Assembly (NCBI GenBank): GCA_964016885.1
Contig: OZ024740.1
Coordinates: 311,550,001-311,614,000, forward strand
Source: Eledone cirrhosa
Lineage: Eukaryota
DNA: 64,000 nt
Direction: 5' to 3'
Shown here: positions 1 to 13,137 of the stretch, one piece after another
Layout of the letters: each line of letters begins with the position of its first letter
Numbering within the stretch: position 1 is the stretch's first letter
Made by a program: the position numbers and the translations under genes
Notes under the pieces: generated by a model
The model's database searches: none
What the model was told of the DNA's origin: nothing
Seen by the model: only the letters and a program-made list of their open reading frames with translations

Positions 1-439
1 TTTTGTCATGACACCTACACAACCACTTTATAGTGTGGACTGGTCGCTTTTCTCATGGCTCCAGGGGTACCACTTTATGGTGTGGGTTGGGAACTTGGGT
101 GGGGAAGATGCTTGAGGAATTGGGGATGTAGGTAATGGAGTGGGATTATTTCAGCAAGGGAGGTGTATTGGAGGGAAGATGGTAGGGGAAGGCGTTGCCT
201 CAGCTTGAACATATGGGAAGGCGGGTCTTCTGTAATACTGCATAGTCCCAGAGATTGCGAATCTTAACTATAATAAAGAAAGGAGTGCAGGACTGCATCC
301 AGAATATATTTTTTTACCCCGATTGTAAAATAAGTTGGATTACTTTGAATAAATAATGAATGAATATTACATAATTTATCTACTAAATTTTGTGGCTGTT
401 GATTAAATATATTTTATAGCTTATTTAAAGATTCACTTC

Positions 440-741
440 TTTAAAATTGTCAAATGTCAACACTTCCGGTTAGCGGCCCTTATATTATAACACTTATAAT
501 CGCATATATTTCCGTCGCTAATTTTCTCCTAATGCAGTTTATATATAATATCGTCTTTTTTTAAAATATATCATGGATTACGTTACTGATTACAGAAGAC
601 AGTGTAACACAGGCTTCATTCAATTTCTGTGTATATTGTCAATTACGATTTTATTTACATGCATATATATTTGTGTATAATATCAATATACACACTACAC
701 ATGCTAGCAGAAAACCACCTGAAGGGTGGTATTTCTGCTAG
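440..741 (+). mobile_element. Helitron-like non-autonomous element 3' end
   Basis: Ends in hairpin ctagcagaaaaccacc...ggtggtatttctgCTAG|T (704-741). A related inverted copy lies at 50028-50330. Confidence 0.55.
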
Positions 742-759
742 TAATAATAATACTGGCAG

Positions 760-2745
760 CCATGTTCAATGATTGAATAATGTCAGGTGAAGTACTGCAG
801 GGGTTGACAAAAGGTACCACGGTTCTAATAATGAAAGACTGAGTGAAGGGAAATGAGGTTACCAACTATAGGACTATCGCATGCCTGTCATTGATGTGGA
901 AATTGCTAACAAGCATTATGCTTGAGGAAATTACCACCACCTCAACATAAACAACTTATTGCTGGGGGAACAGAAAGGATGCCAAAAGAAGTCCAGTTAC
1001 TTATAGACAAGATGATAATAAAGAACAGCAAGAAGAGGCATACTGGTCTTGCTATGGGATGGATAAACTTCAAGAAAGCATTCAACGTGGTCCCTCATTC
1101 TTGGATAACCAAGTGTCTAGATATATTCAAGGTGGCCAACAACATCAGACTGCTATTAAGTAATAGCATGAAGAACTGGGAGTTAACATTGGGGGAAGAA
1201 TCCTTGGGAGGAGTGAAAATCAAGAAAGGTATTTTCCAAGGAAATAGTCTGTCTCCTTTATTGTTTGTCCTTACCCTCATACACTTTTCCCTCATATTGC
1301 AAAGAGTGAAGGCAGGATACAAACTAGGAAGAGGGGAGCTTACCATCAACCACCTCTTCATGGACAAACTAAAACTCTTCGGGAAAAATGAGGAGTTGGA
1401 TGTACTTGTTAACTTTATTCATATTTTCAGCAAGCAATGATATATGTATTGAATTTGGTGTTAATAAGTATGGAGTCCTAGAAATGGGGCAAATTGAAAA
1501 GAAGAAAAGGAATCATGATACCAACGGGTGAGGTGATAAAGAAGATCAACACTAAAGAAAGATATAGGTATTTGGGTGTTTTGGATGCAGATAACATCAA
1601 GGACAATAAAATGAAGGAGACTATAAGATCTGAATACAATACATACGGAGAGTAAGAAAAATACTAAAATCACATCTGAATAGTAGGAAGCTATAAGTGC
1701 AGTAAATTCCAAAGCTGTGTCTATTATTAGGTACAGTGTGGGAATTCTTAAATGGAACGTAAACAAGCAAAAATAACTGGATAGAAAGACAAGGAAATTA
1801 ATGACTACCTACAGTAGGTTTCAGAAGAAAGGTGATATTGATTAACCGTACTTAAAGAGATCTGAAGGCAGGAGAGGTCTTATCAGATGGAGAAGAGCTG
1901 TTTACATAAATATGTGCCTGAGAGTAACAAGCCAATGCTTAAGGCTGTATTTAAAGAGGAGATAATAGACCAGGGAATAGCCAAGAAAGAAGTAATGACA
2001 AAGAGAAAGAACAACCTGAATAAAAAGCTCTTCCTGAAGAAAACAGAACTCAGAGGTCCGCAGAGATGGGACTGGTTAAAAATAGGGGACCTTAAAAGGC
2101 TACAGAGGGGATGCTACTGGCTGCACAAGAACAATCCCTTAGAACAAAGTGGATGAAACATCATTGACAAGGGGGAAACTAACATCCTCTGCATGATTTG
2201 TGGAGAGAAAGAGGAAACAGTGGCTCACATCGTATCTGAGTGTAAACACCTATCCCAAACTCATTATAAAGGATGGAGGCTTGATATCATAGGAAAAGTG
2301 ATCCACTGGTATTTATGCAAATTGAATAATTTACTGCACTCTGAGAAAATGTATGAGCATAATAGAAATCGATTGAGGAAGGCGATGTAGGATTTCAGGA
2401 TACAAATAGATATAGAATTAGAACACAATAGGCCTGGCCTGATGATTTTTTGACAAGGAAAAAAGATCTTGCTTGATTATAAATATAGCTTGCCCCTTTT
2501 ACACAAGAGTGCAAGAAAAGGAGAGGAAGGAAATTAATTGGTACCAGGATCTAAAGTGGGAACTGAAAAAGATTTGGGACTCTCATGAGATTTAGGTCAC
2601 CCCCATCATCATAGGAGCACAAGCCACCTTTTTTTGGAACGCTCCAAAAGGCATGCCTAGTAGAAACAGCAAAGACACTCTGAAATGTCCTGAATATCTG
2701 AGCCTGCAGGTAGAAGCTTGACGTTCATTAGGGCAAATTTTTCGG
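760..2745 (+). mobile_element. Decayed R4/Dong-like non-LTR retrotransposon (RT plus restriction-like endonuclease)
   Basis: Frameshifted fragments: FKKAFNVVPHSWI, GIFQGNSLSPLLF, INHLFMD, CMICGEKEETVAHIVSEC zinc knuckle, HNRP and ACPF endonuclease region. Confidence 0.85.
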
Positions 2746-2799
2746 TTAAATAACATTAATGACTGAGATATCAAATTCAATAATAATGATGATGATGAT

Positions 2800-3008
2800 T
2801 TCTACTATAGGCACAAGGCCAGCAATTTGGAGAGAGGAGAAAGTCGATCAAATCGAACCCAGTGCGTTACTGGTACTTTATTTTATCGACTCCATAATGA
2901 TGAAGGCAAAGCTAACATTTTGAACTCAGAACGTAAAGGAACGTAACTCTATGCTGCAAAGCATGGTGTCCGACGCTCTACCAATAATGCCAATCCACCG
3001 CCCTACCG
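2800..3008 (-). mobile_element. tRNA-derived SINE
   Basis: A/B-box-like head (tggcattattggtagagc...gagttcaaa) and core gtcgataaaataaagtaccagt. Related copies at ~15000-15185, 30985-31145, 32545-32835, 37070-37180, 38200-38300, 50835-51020 and 53500-53650. Confidence 0.8.
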
Positions 3009-3392
3009 CAAAGTATAATAATAATAATAGCAAAAAAAAATTAAGCAAAATGAAAACGAAAAACATTTCCCTGTTATAAATACTTAATGAAAGAGTTCTC
3101 TCCCTTACAGTAATTACTGCCTCAAAGTTCATTTAGCATAATTTTCAAGTGCAATGGCTAACTTTAATAGTTTAGATAGGAGATAACCATCCATGGCAAT
3201 GCATTGTATCTATAACAAAAGTATTGAAAATTATTAGAGGAAAGCTCTAGCATCCCTTGTGGCAGGTGATTGAATGTGCAGGTTTTATTTCTCACCCTTT
3301 CCATTTTTTCTTCTTTATATATATATATATAATATATATATATAATAATAATACAAGAACGATTTGTTAAGCCTTCATTAGGTTTATTGATT

Positions 3393-3477
3393 GGTGACGA
3401 GTGTTTCGCTATTGATCAGCTCAAGGTTCGATCTGTATCGATCTGGCCCGACTCTGGAATCAAAAGCTCGTCGGACC
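3393..3477 (-). ncRNA. Type I hammerhead-ribozyme-like motif (U4C core, long stem II)
   Basis: Minus strand reads ggt CCGACGA gcttttgat...atcaatagc GAAA c-actc-g TC acc. Stem I is only 3 bp. It lies in a ~240-bp insert between TA tracts. Confidence 0.45.
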
Positions 3478-3596
3478 TCTGTTGTAGTAATCTGACGTGA
3501 ATCTAAACATCGAGTGCTCACCTGGGTGAACCTACAGTAACTTCATGTTAAACTCCTTGGATATATATATATCTCTCTCTATATATATATATATAT

Positions 3597-5997
3597 AAAA
3601 GCAGGCTTGGAAAACATGGCGGGATGGGGGAAGTAGAGAACACTATCAAGTGGCCAGGAGAGAAGCTAGGCCACAAGTGTACTTTGCAAGAAAGGAAGCA
3701 TGTTCTACAACACAAGGACCAAAAACGTGAGGTGTTCAGGATTGCAAGACAATGTGTCAAGGAAAACAGTGATATTGTCGGGGAGAAGGGTGTCCGTAAT
3801 GATGATGGTGTACTTGCCATCACTGATACTGATAAGAAGGTAGCTTGGAAGTGTCACTACGAGAGACTATTAAATGAAGAGAATAAATGGGAAAAAGATA
3901 GTCTGCCCCAAATCGATCCAAATGAGGGACGAGCGGTGCAAGTTAAAGGTAGTATAATAAGTAAGGCAATCAAAGATATGAAGACAGGCAAGGCAGCTGG
4001 GCCTTCGGAGATAGTTGTTGAAATGCTGAAAGCATCTGGAATGGTAGGACACACTATGGTCACTCGGATAGTAAACCAAGTAATACAGAATGGGGTTGTT
4101 TCAAAGGACTGGCGTAGCAGCATCATCATTAACTGCTTCAAGGATAAAGGAGATACTCTAGATAGGGGAAACTACAGAGCCATTAAATTAGTTGACCAGG
4201 TCATGAAGGTCACAGAAAGAGTTATAGCGCAACTAATCAAAGAGCGAATTGATCTAGATAAAATGCAGTTTGGGTTTGTGTCCGGTAAAAGTGTCACAGA
4301 TGCTCTTTTCCTTGTACGACAACTACAGGAGAAGTACCTAGCTAAAAGTAAACCCTTCTACTTAGCTTTTGTTGACTTGGAGAAAGCCTTTGACAGAGAC
4401 CCCGCTCCATTATCTGGTGGGCTCTTAGAAAACTAGGTGTTGATAAATGGCTTGTGAGAGCTATACAAGCCATGTATAAAGAAACAGTCAGCAAGGTTAG
4501 AATTAAGAACGAATATAGTGAAGAATTTAGCATAAAAGTTGGTGTTCATCAAGGCTCTGTCCTTAGCCCCCTCCTATTTATTATTGTTCTTCAGGCTATA
4601 ACAGAGGAGTTCAAGACCAGCTGCCCATGGGAACTTCTATACGCTGATAATCTAACTCTCATAGCTGAATTGATGGCTGAACTAGAGAAGAGATTTCAAA
4701 CATGGAAGCATGGCCTAGAATCAAAAGGCCTTAAAGTTAACTTGTCTAAGACTAAAGTTCTAGTATGTAGAAAGGAAAATAGGGTACCGGTCCCCTCTGG
4801 GAAATGGCCATGCTCAGTGTGTAGGAAAGGAGTAGACAGAAATTCCATTTCATGTCCCAAATGCAAACTATGGGTACATAAATGATGTAGTGGGATCACA
4901 GGTAAGCTATCTATGAACGTAGATTTTATATGTGGCCGATGCTCAGGTGCAATAAGTAGCAGCAAGTGCCCAGAGAATACTAGCTCCTTCTATTGCCTAG
5001 ATGGTTCTATAGAAATAGTGGACACCTTTCATTACCTGGGTGACAAAATCAGCAGTGGTGGAGGGTGCTCTGAAAGTACAGTAGCCAGAGTTAGAATGGG
5101 ATGGAAAAAAAAAAGTTCAGAGAGCTTATACCGCTGTTGGCCACTAAAGGTTTCTCTCGAAAAATGAAAGGCAGATTGTATGATGCCTGCATACGAACAG
5201 CAATGTTACATGGCAGTGAGACATGGGCATTGTGTGCAGACTGGAAAGGAACGAAGCATGCATGCTCCGTTGGATGTGTAATAATAATATACGCGAACGG
5301 CAAAGCATAAATGAACTAAGTGAGAAATTAGGAATAAGAGGGATCAGATGCTGTTTACTCGAGAGAAGACTACGTTGGTATGGTCACGTGATGTGCATGA
5401 AAGATGACAGCTATATAAAAAAGTGCAGGGCGATCAAAATTGATGGAAGTTACGGAGTAGGTAGACCCAGAAAAACCTGGGACGATTTGATAAATTCCAA
5501 CCTTACATACTTACACCTCTCTAAGACAATGTCACTGGACCGAGATCTTTGGCGCTACGCAGTAATACAGAAGACCCGCCTTGCCTATGTACATAGTGAA
5601 ACCTACAGTCAGTAGGCACCTCTTAACCAAATATACACCCCCAATCCACTACCCCTACTCCACCCCCCACTCCCACCAACACCACCCTCTCTCTGTAAAG
5701 TTATGTTGGTACCACAACATCTAGTCCAAAATAAATGAGGTCGTGTAGGTGTCATGACAAAAAAACACACAGTCCACGCTGTAATGTGGCCGTGTAGATA
5801 ACATGGTAAAAACCTCCCAGTCCACACTGAAAACGTGGCTGGTGTTAGGAAGGGGGCATCCAGCCGTAGAAAGCCTGCCAGACAGTCCTATACGAGCGAG
5901 ACACGGTCTCCCGACCAATCTTGCCTCAAGTGGGACAATTCTCGTCTAAACCCTTGCTAGCGTGAAAGATAGACGTTAAATGATGATGATGATGATG
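3597..5997 (+). mobile_element. 5'-truncated, disrupted RTE-clade LINE with 3' UTR and (GAT)n tail
   Basis: ORFs 3624-4436, 4454-4885 and 5223-5615 carry GNYRAIKL, QFGFV, AFVDLEKAFDR, GVHQGSVLSPLLF, LLYAD, an inserted Cys-rich finger, RRLRWYGHV and GRPRKTW; several frameshifts and stops. Confidence 0.92.
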
Positions 5998-6681
5998 TGT
6001 GTGTGTGTGTGTGAAAGACTACTCCTTCCACTAGCAACCTCAGCAGTTATCCTTACCACCAATAACCCCCCCCCCCCCACACCATGCTTCCTCCAGTTTC
6101 ACGCCTTTGCTACTTCTCCCTCTAATGCTTTTAGATATCCTCAATATTGCACCCTAGTAGCTATTCTTTGTACCCACTGTGCACCCCTTCCACTACCACC
6201 CATCAGCTATTTCTCCATCACTAACCCCCACCCCTGCACACTATTGACCACACTTCTCCCAATACACTGTCAGTCACTGCTTCCCTGATTTATTCCCCTA
6301 CCAAACCACCACAATTGCCATACACGAGCCTTCTTCTATTATCCCCCCTCCCTCTCAAAACCCAAAGAGCAGAGTGGGTTCTTCAGTTGGGATTATGATC
6401 AGCAACCTTTCTAGTGATGGTGCCACAAAAATGTACCTAGTACATCCTGTGGGGTGGTAGATGACAAGAAGGGCACCCTGTTGTAGAAACCATGCCTGGA
6501 AGGGTTTAGAGAACCCCTCAGTAGTGTCAATGGCACAAAAACCTCTCTAATATTGGTGATCTATGCAATTAATGCACCTAGTATATGCTGTAAAATGGTT
6601 GGTGATAGGAAGGCCATCCATTTGAGTAATCTTTTAACAGGGAATTTTTGGATCTAATGCAAGATATTATAAATCTACAAA

Positions 6682-9430
6682 TCATCATCATCATCATCAT
6701 CATTTAACGTCCATCTTCCACGCTTGCATGGGTTTGGACGGGAGTTTTCCCACTTGAGGCAAGAGTGGTTGTCTTGCTCGTATAGGACTGTCTGGCGGGT
6801 TTTCTACGGCTGTATGCCCTTCCTAACACCAACCACATTTACAGTGTGGACTGGGAGGTTTTTACCGTGTTACCTACACGGCCACATTACAACGTGGACT
6901 GTGTGTTTTTTTTGTCGTGACACCTACACAACCTCATTTGTTTCGAACTGGATGTTGTGGTACCAACATAACTTTACATTGAAAGGGGTGGTGTGGATGG
7001 GGTGGGTGTGATGGGACGGGGGTGTATTTTTGTTAGAGGTGCTTCCATGTTTGGAATTTCTTCTCTAGTTCAGCCATTGATTCAGCTATGAGCGTTAGAT
7101 CATCTGCGTATAGGAGTTCCCATGGGCAGCCGGTCTTGAACTCCACTGTTATAGCCTGAAGGGCAATAATAAATAGGAGGGGGCTAAGAACGGAGCCCTG
7201 ATGAACACCAACTTTTACGCTAAACTCTTCACTATATTCGTTCTTAATTCTAACCTTGCTGACTGTTTCTTTATACATGGCTTGTATAGCTCTCACAAGC
7301 CATTCATCAACACCTAGTTTTCGAAGAGACCACCAGATAATGGAATGGGGGACTCTGTCAAAGGCTTTCTCCAAGTCGACAAAATCTAAGTATAGGGGTT
7401 TACTTTTAGCTAGGTACTTCTCCTGTAGTTGTCGTACAATGAAAAGCGACTGTGGTACTTTTACCTGACACAAACCCGAACTGCATTTCATCTAGTTCAA
7501 TTCGCTCTCTGATTAGTTGCGCTATTACTTTTTCTGTGACCTTCATGACGTGGTCGATTAATTTAATGCCTCTATAGTTACCCCTATCTAGGGCGTCTCC
7601 TTTACCCTAGTAGCAGTTAATGATGATGCTGCTACGCCAGTCCTTTGAAACAACCCCATTCTGTATGACTTGGTTTACTATCCGGGTGACCATGGTGTGT
7701 CCCACCGTTCCAGAAGCTTTCAGCATTTCAGCAACTATTTCCGAAGGCCCAGCCGCCTTACCCGTCTTCATATCTTTGATTGCCTTACTTATTATATTAC
7801 CTTCGACTAACACTGCTGGTCTCTCTATTGGATCGATGTGGGGGAGACTGTCTTTCTCCCATTTATTCTCCTCATTTAGTAGCCTTTCCTAGTGACACTT
7901 CCAAGCTACCTTCTTATCAGCGTCAGTGATGGCAAGTACACCATTATCATTAAAGACACACTTCTCCCCGACAATATCATGGTTTTCCTTGACACATTGC
8001 CTAGCAATCCTGAACACCTCACGTTTTGGGTCCTCGCGTTGTAGAACATGCTTGAACTTTCTTTCCTCTGCTTCCCTTCTTGCGAAGTACACTTGTCTCC
8101 TAGCTTCCCTCCTGGCCACTTGATAGTCTTCTCTACTTCCCCCATCCCGCCATACTTTCCAAGCCTGCTTTTTGGCCTTAATTGACTCCTCCACCTTACT
8201 GTTCCACCACCATGTTACTCTCCTCCTGCCTATAGGCCTGCTCCAGCCACAGACTTCATCTGCCGCCATCAGCAGGTTTGCTTTCAGGAATTCCCACTGT
8301 TCCTCTATATTATACGACTCTAATTGCTCTTCCTTACTGTCGAAAGCATCAAGTAATATGCTTTTAAATTTATTACTGGCTGTGGGGTCCTTTAGCTTCC
8401 ATATTTTTCTCCTGAGGATAGTCCTCTTCTGTTGTCGAGTACGTCTCGTCCTGACTATGAGGTCGCTAATTATGAGTCTATGTTGGGAGGTGCATTCTTC
8501 ATGGGGGAGGGATTTAGTGTTTACAACAGACACTCTGTCACCTCTTCTGGTAAGGATATAATCTACCTGGCTGGTATATTCCCCTGATCTGTAGGTGATC
8601 AAGTGATTGTCTCGTTTTTTGAAGTTAGTGTTACAGATAGTTAGGTTATTTGCGTCACAGAATTCCAGGATTCTGGAGCCTTCCTCATTTCTAGTACCAA
8701 ACCCATAGCCTCCATGGATTCCGTCATAGCCGTCACAATGTTGTCCAACGTGACCATTTAGGTCGCGAGCAATAATTATATAGTCACTGTCGGTTATTTG
8801 GGAGGTAGTGAGCATCAGTGTCTCATAGAATCTGTCTTTTATAGCGCCAGGCAGTCCGGATTGGGGTGCGTACGCAGATATTACTGTCACAGTAGTTCTA
8901 TTTAGGACAAGTCTTATTATAATTATTCTGTCATTCACTCTATTTACGTCTATTATCTTATCCACCAATTTTTCTGCTAACATGATTCCTACCCCACCCA
9001 GCCCATTGTCATTTCCCACCCAGAAAAGCTTATAGCATCCTTTTTTACCCACAATAAATCTAGCAGACCTGCCCCTCCACCTGGTCTCTTGGATACAGGA
9101 AACATCAACCTCCTTACGTTCAAGCATTTCTACAACCTCGTTAGAGCGGCCTTTTAAGGTGCCTACATTCATGGTACCAACTCTGAAGTTTTGGATTGCG
9201 TTTGGTGGGTGGGGCGCGGGAAGGGGTGAGGGGGATGGGTTGGGGTTATGTTGGCCATCCGCGGCCGAAACAAAGAGGAGGAGGAGGAGTCCTTGCCCTT
9301 TCGTCCGGCAGCATGAGGTGAATTTGTCGTTATCTTTGGCATTGTCTCCGAGTGTCCAGATTCTTCAGACTCTCCAGAAATTCCTTAGTCCATCCATCAT
9401 ATCAAAAAGCAACCAGGAGAAGTGATAGCA
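6682..9430 (-). mobile_element. RTE-clade LINE with APE endonuclease ORF, partial RT and an internal deletion
   Basis: ORF 7889-9172 has APE motifs (MNVGTL, IQETRW, SAYAPQ, DLNGH, SQVDYIL, SQHRL). RT fragments lie at 7607-7813 and 7033-7491. The RT is joined directly to the 3' UTR near 7038, and a (GAT)n tail is at 6682-6703. Confidence 0.93.
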
Positions 9431-9738
9431 TAGGCCGCTGACTTATGATTGGTCCAAATAATAATGGTGGAGAGTGAAATCAATAAAAACAGACCTTGAT
9501 TTCAACAAATTGTTCAGAGAGAGAAAGTGTGTGTGAGAAAGAAGGAGATGAAGAAAGCATGAGAGAGATAAAGAGTAAAAGAAAGTGAATGAGAGAGGAA
9601 AGTGCAAAACAGAAAGAAAGTATGAAAGAGAGAAAGAAAGTATGAGAAAGAGAAAGTGTGTGAGAGGGAGAAAGAAGAAAGAAAGAGTAAGAAGAGAAAT
9701 AAGAAAGAAATGTGTATCTCATTTAACACTTCACCTAC

Positions 9739-9868
9739 CTTACTCCAGTATTTCATATCTATGTATGTATCATTTACTTGATTTTTATCATTCGGTAGAT
9801 TTATAGCACCATGGTAAAATGTTGGGATTTTTAAAGATGTTATGGTTGAGTTCACCACTGAAGTAGCT
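9739..9868 (-). CDS. GLB1: GH35 beta-galactosidase exon (3' part of GLB1 exon 15 equivalent)
   Basis: ttttcacag|...|gtaggt; 130 nt, phase 2 to 0, compatible with the previous exon; ATSVVNSTITSLKIPTFYHGAINLPNDKNQVNDTYIDMKYWSK resembles human LPAFYMGNF...DTFIQFPGWTK. The terminal GQVWING exon was not found in the window. Confidence 0.92.
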
Positions 9869-10079
9869 CTGTGAAAAATCAGTAAAGAAAATTTTATCAA
9901 AAACGAAAAGAATTACTGTGTAAAAAGAATTTTCAAATTTTCTCAACAAAGCATAGAAACTGCAAGAAAAGGAGGTATTTTGGTAGAGTTTTCTGGAAAT
10001 GTTGAAGGTTGCACATATATAAGAAGTCAGATTGGTATGCACTATGTGCATTTCCCATTTTCTGCCATACCATCAAAGG

Positions 10080-11171
10080 GGAAGCAGTATGGATCTATTC
10101 GAATTATTTGTTCATGGCTTTTATTTTATAACTTCAAATTTGGCCTAAGCACAACAGCATCAAGACGTCACATTAACAATGCGTTTGGGACATACACCAT
10201 GTCTAAATGCAGTGGCAGGAACTGGTTTGCATGCTTCCATTTCGATGTTTACAGCCTTGAAGATCAACCTTGTGCAGGACATCCATCTGACTTCAATGGT
10301 GAGCAACTGCATGAGCAGGTGGAAGCCGACACAAGCCAAACATCACATTGAATCTCCGAAGTGCTTATGGCATCAAAAACAACCACCCTCAATCACTTGC
10401 ATGGAATAGAGAAGGTGACTAAACTGGACCAATGGGTGCCTCACAATCTGACTGACCGTAATCATAAATGTTAGATGGCAGCTGCGACTTCTCTGCTTGC
10501 CTGCCATCGCACAACCAATTGATGATGTTTCATTGTCACTGGTGATGAAAAACGGTGTCTCTATATTAATGTCAAGCATAAGCAACTGTGGCTTGATAAA
10601 GAGAGTGCACTACAAGGGCAAGCAAAGGCTGACTACCACCCTCGCAAGGCCTTACTGAGCATCTGGTAGGATTGAAAAGGTGTCGTCCTCTACTACGAGC
10701 TGCTACCACCGAACACCAGCATAACCACTGATGTCTATTGCCAACAACTTGTCAGATTAACGGCAAAAATCGCACAGTTGCGCCCACATGATGGTTCTAT
10801 TCAATTCCTTCATGATAACACTCAGCAACAGACATCAAGAATGAACCGTGAGAAGCTGCTGGAGCTAGGTTCAGAGATTCTGTACCACCCACAGTATTCA
10901 ACTGACCTCACGCCTACAGACTATCACCTTTTTCTCTCATTAAGCAATGCAATGCAGTCAAAGACCAATTAAATCAGTGGCTGACCAAATTCTTTGCATC
11001 AAAGTCAAAAGAATTCTACAGGAATGGAATCATGTGCCTTCCTAAATGATAGCAGACAAGTATCACAAATGATGGCAATTATTTTGACTTGTAAAATTTT
11101 CCTAATGTTAAAAAACGCCAAAGTCAATAAACATTTGAAAAATGGCTAGAACTTTCTGTCTAACCTAATAT
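10080..11171 (+). mobile_element. Decayed mariner transposon
   Basis: WFACF...LEDQP, WVPHNLT, TGDEK, HDN and HPQYSTDLTPTDYHLF motifs; right TIR-like gaactttctgtctaacctaata followed by TA. Confidence 0.88.
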
Positions 11172-11831
11172 AACAACATTAAATTTATGTTAGTGTTTCT
11201 AATGTATGCTGTGTTGTGCATAACCATTCATTATTTAATTAATTACACTGACATCATCAATATCAACATTTAATGTCTGTTTTCCCTGCTAGCAAGGGTT
11301 GGACAGATTTTCCTTGACCAATTCAGTACTTAGATGGAGCTACTGACCTCTCAGATAAGCTAAGGATCTACATCTTGTTTACATACATTCCAAAGTGTAT
11401 TTTATCATGATACCTGCACTAGAGAGGATGTCATGCCTTTGATACAGCTGAAGAGTCCTCACATTATGCAAATTAGACAGACCATTCTAGTTAAGTCCTA
11501 GTTTGTGTTTGATATAAATTGCTTTTGACTGTAGCTCTTTTCGTGGACAAAGGATAAGAGAACTTGTCTTCTGGTAAACAGCCAATTAGCCATGAAACAC
11601 AAATAGGCAATCTCTTATGTTTCATTGCATTGAGTTTCCTAAGCTAGTCACTACACTGATTATCATATACTTTAAGCTCGTAGCAGTTTGCACCAAAATA
11701 GAAGCTTATAATTTTTTAGAACCTGGTCTCATCATTCTAGCTCCTTTTTTGTTAGTTCAACAACCAATACCTCTGATATTTAGAAAAAAAAAATTATTAT
11801 TTTTTAAAAACAATAATGACATCCAACTTAC

Positions 11832-11944
11832 ATATTCAAGAAAGATTGTACAACTGTCTTGTTTGGACTTTGCAGGTCATAGAATGGAAATATTTCCCAT
11901 TTACTAAGGGTTTGGTTGGCAAGGGTCAAATTTTTCAAGATTCC
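11832..11944 (-). CDS. GLB1: GH35 beta-galactosidase exon (5' part of GLB1 exon 15 equivalent)
   Basis: ccttatag|...|gtaagt; 113 nt, phase 0 to 2; GILKNLTLANQTLSKWEIFPFYDLQSPNKTVVQSFLN resembles human [21 protein letters not shown]. Confidence 0.9.
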
Positions 11945-13137
11945 CTATAAGGAAAGAAGTTGAGTTACATCAAATATTTTGAAATATCATCATTATTACC
12001 TATCATATATTTTTGCCTGTCTCAAATTCTAGCAGAGAGCACGGGAAGCACTGTTCTGATGATGGCCAGAGCCAGAAATGCATTGGCAGTTGTCCTTCGC
12101 TACCTCTGCTGGAATCCACTAGATGGCGCTAGTCGTCAGCTTTTCAATATTCATAGGTAGAAGGCTTTCCAAATGTTTATACCATATATCATTAGATATA
12201 CAAAATTATAAAGTTTAATTTCTTGAGGTCATTCCTCACTACTTCATCCCATATCATCCTTGGTGTCACTCTTCCACAGGTTTCATCTACTTTATTCAGT
12301 ACATTTTTATACAGTTCTCTGTAAATCCTTTAACTATTTCTGATATTACATAAGGAAACTAAATTATTCCTTGAAAAGAATGATGTTAATACATTCAAAA
12401 ATTAAATTCCAATACTGAAATATTATTGAGGAAAATTATTGCTGTATATACCAATTCTGTTAGCAACAAAATACCCCCCACCCCACCCCTTTCACTACAA
12501 ATTATTGTTTTTTTTACAAATACCCTGAATCCACAAATATCCTTCTGAATTTTTTTTACTTAAAAAATAAAAATAAAAAAATAAAATTAAGATCTATTAC
12601 AAGTAAAAGTCCTCAGCCCCTAACCCATCAACATTTTGTACTGTTTCTTATTTTTTCATCCTTTTTATATGTAAAGTTAGTTGTTATTGAAAATGTAAAT
12701 AAATTATTTTCTCTTCAAACTCTTTTGAGGAAAAAAAACAAGAAAAGAATTTGGTTAAGTATATCATTATCATCATCATCATTTAATGTCCATTTTCCCT
12801 GTTTACAAGGGTTGGATAGGTTGTCATAGACCAAGTAAACACTTTATCTGAGCCACTGATCTCCCAAGCAGATCAAGGGCCACATTGCCCTTACATACAT
12901 TCCTGCACTTTTATCATGACACTAGCACTAGGGAGGTTGTCATGTCCTTGACACAACTGAAGAGTCATTGACATGTTTATATGTCTGTTTGCTCAATGTG
13001 TATAAAATTATATACTCATTCATGTGTCTTGGCTAATACTCTACCTTATATGAACAGTTATGTATTTATCATATCTGTAAATGTTTCTTAATTCAAGAAT
13101 ACCAAAGAAAATACATAAAAAGTGAAAAAGAATTTAC

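Noticed and set aside
2930-3008. tRNA gene
   Set aside because: A/B-box-like head of a multi-copy SINE; no cloverleaf.
7889-9172. Host nuclease gene or active LINE
   Set aside because: It is the APE domain of an RTE copy with premature stops at 7889 and 7607 and a deleted C-terminus.
11715-11765. Candidate terminal GLB1 exon (RYW or VLVVEL after an ag)
   Set aside because: Stops follow in all frames, and it lies upstream of the 9739-9868 exon, so the order is wrong.
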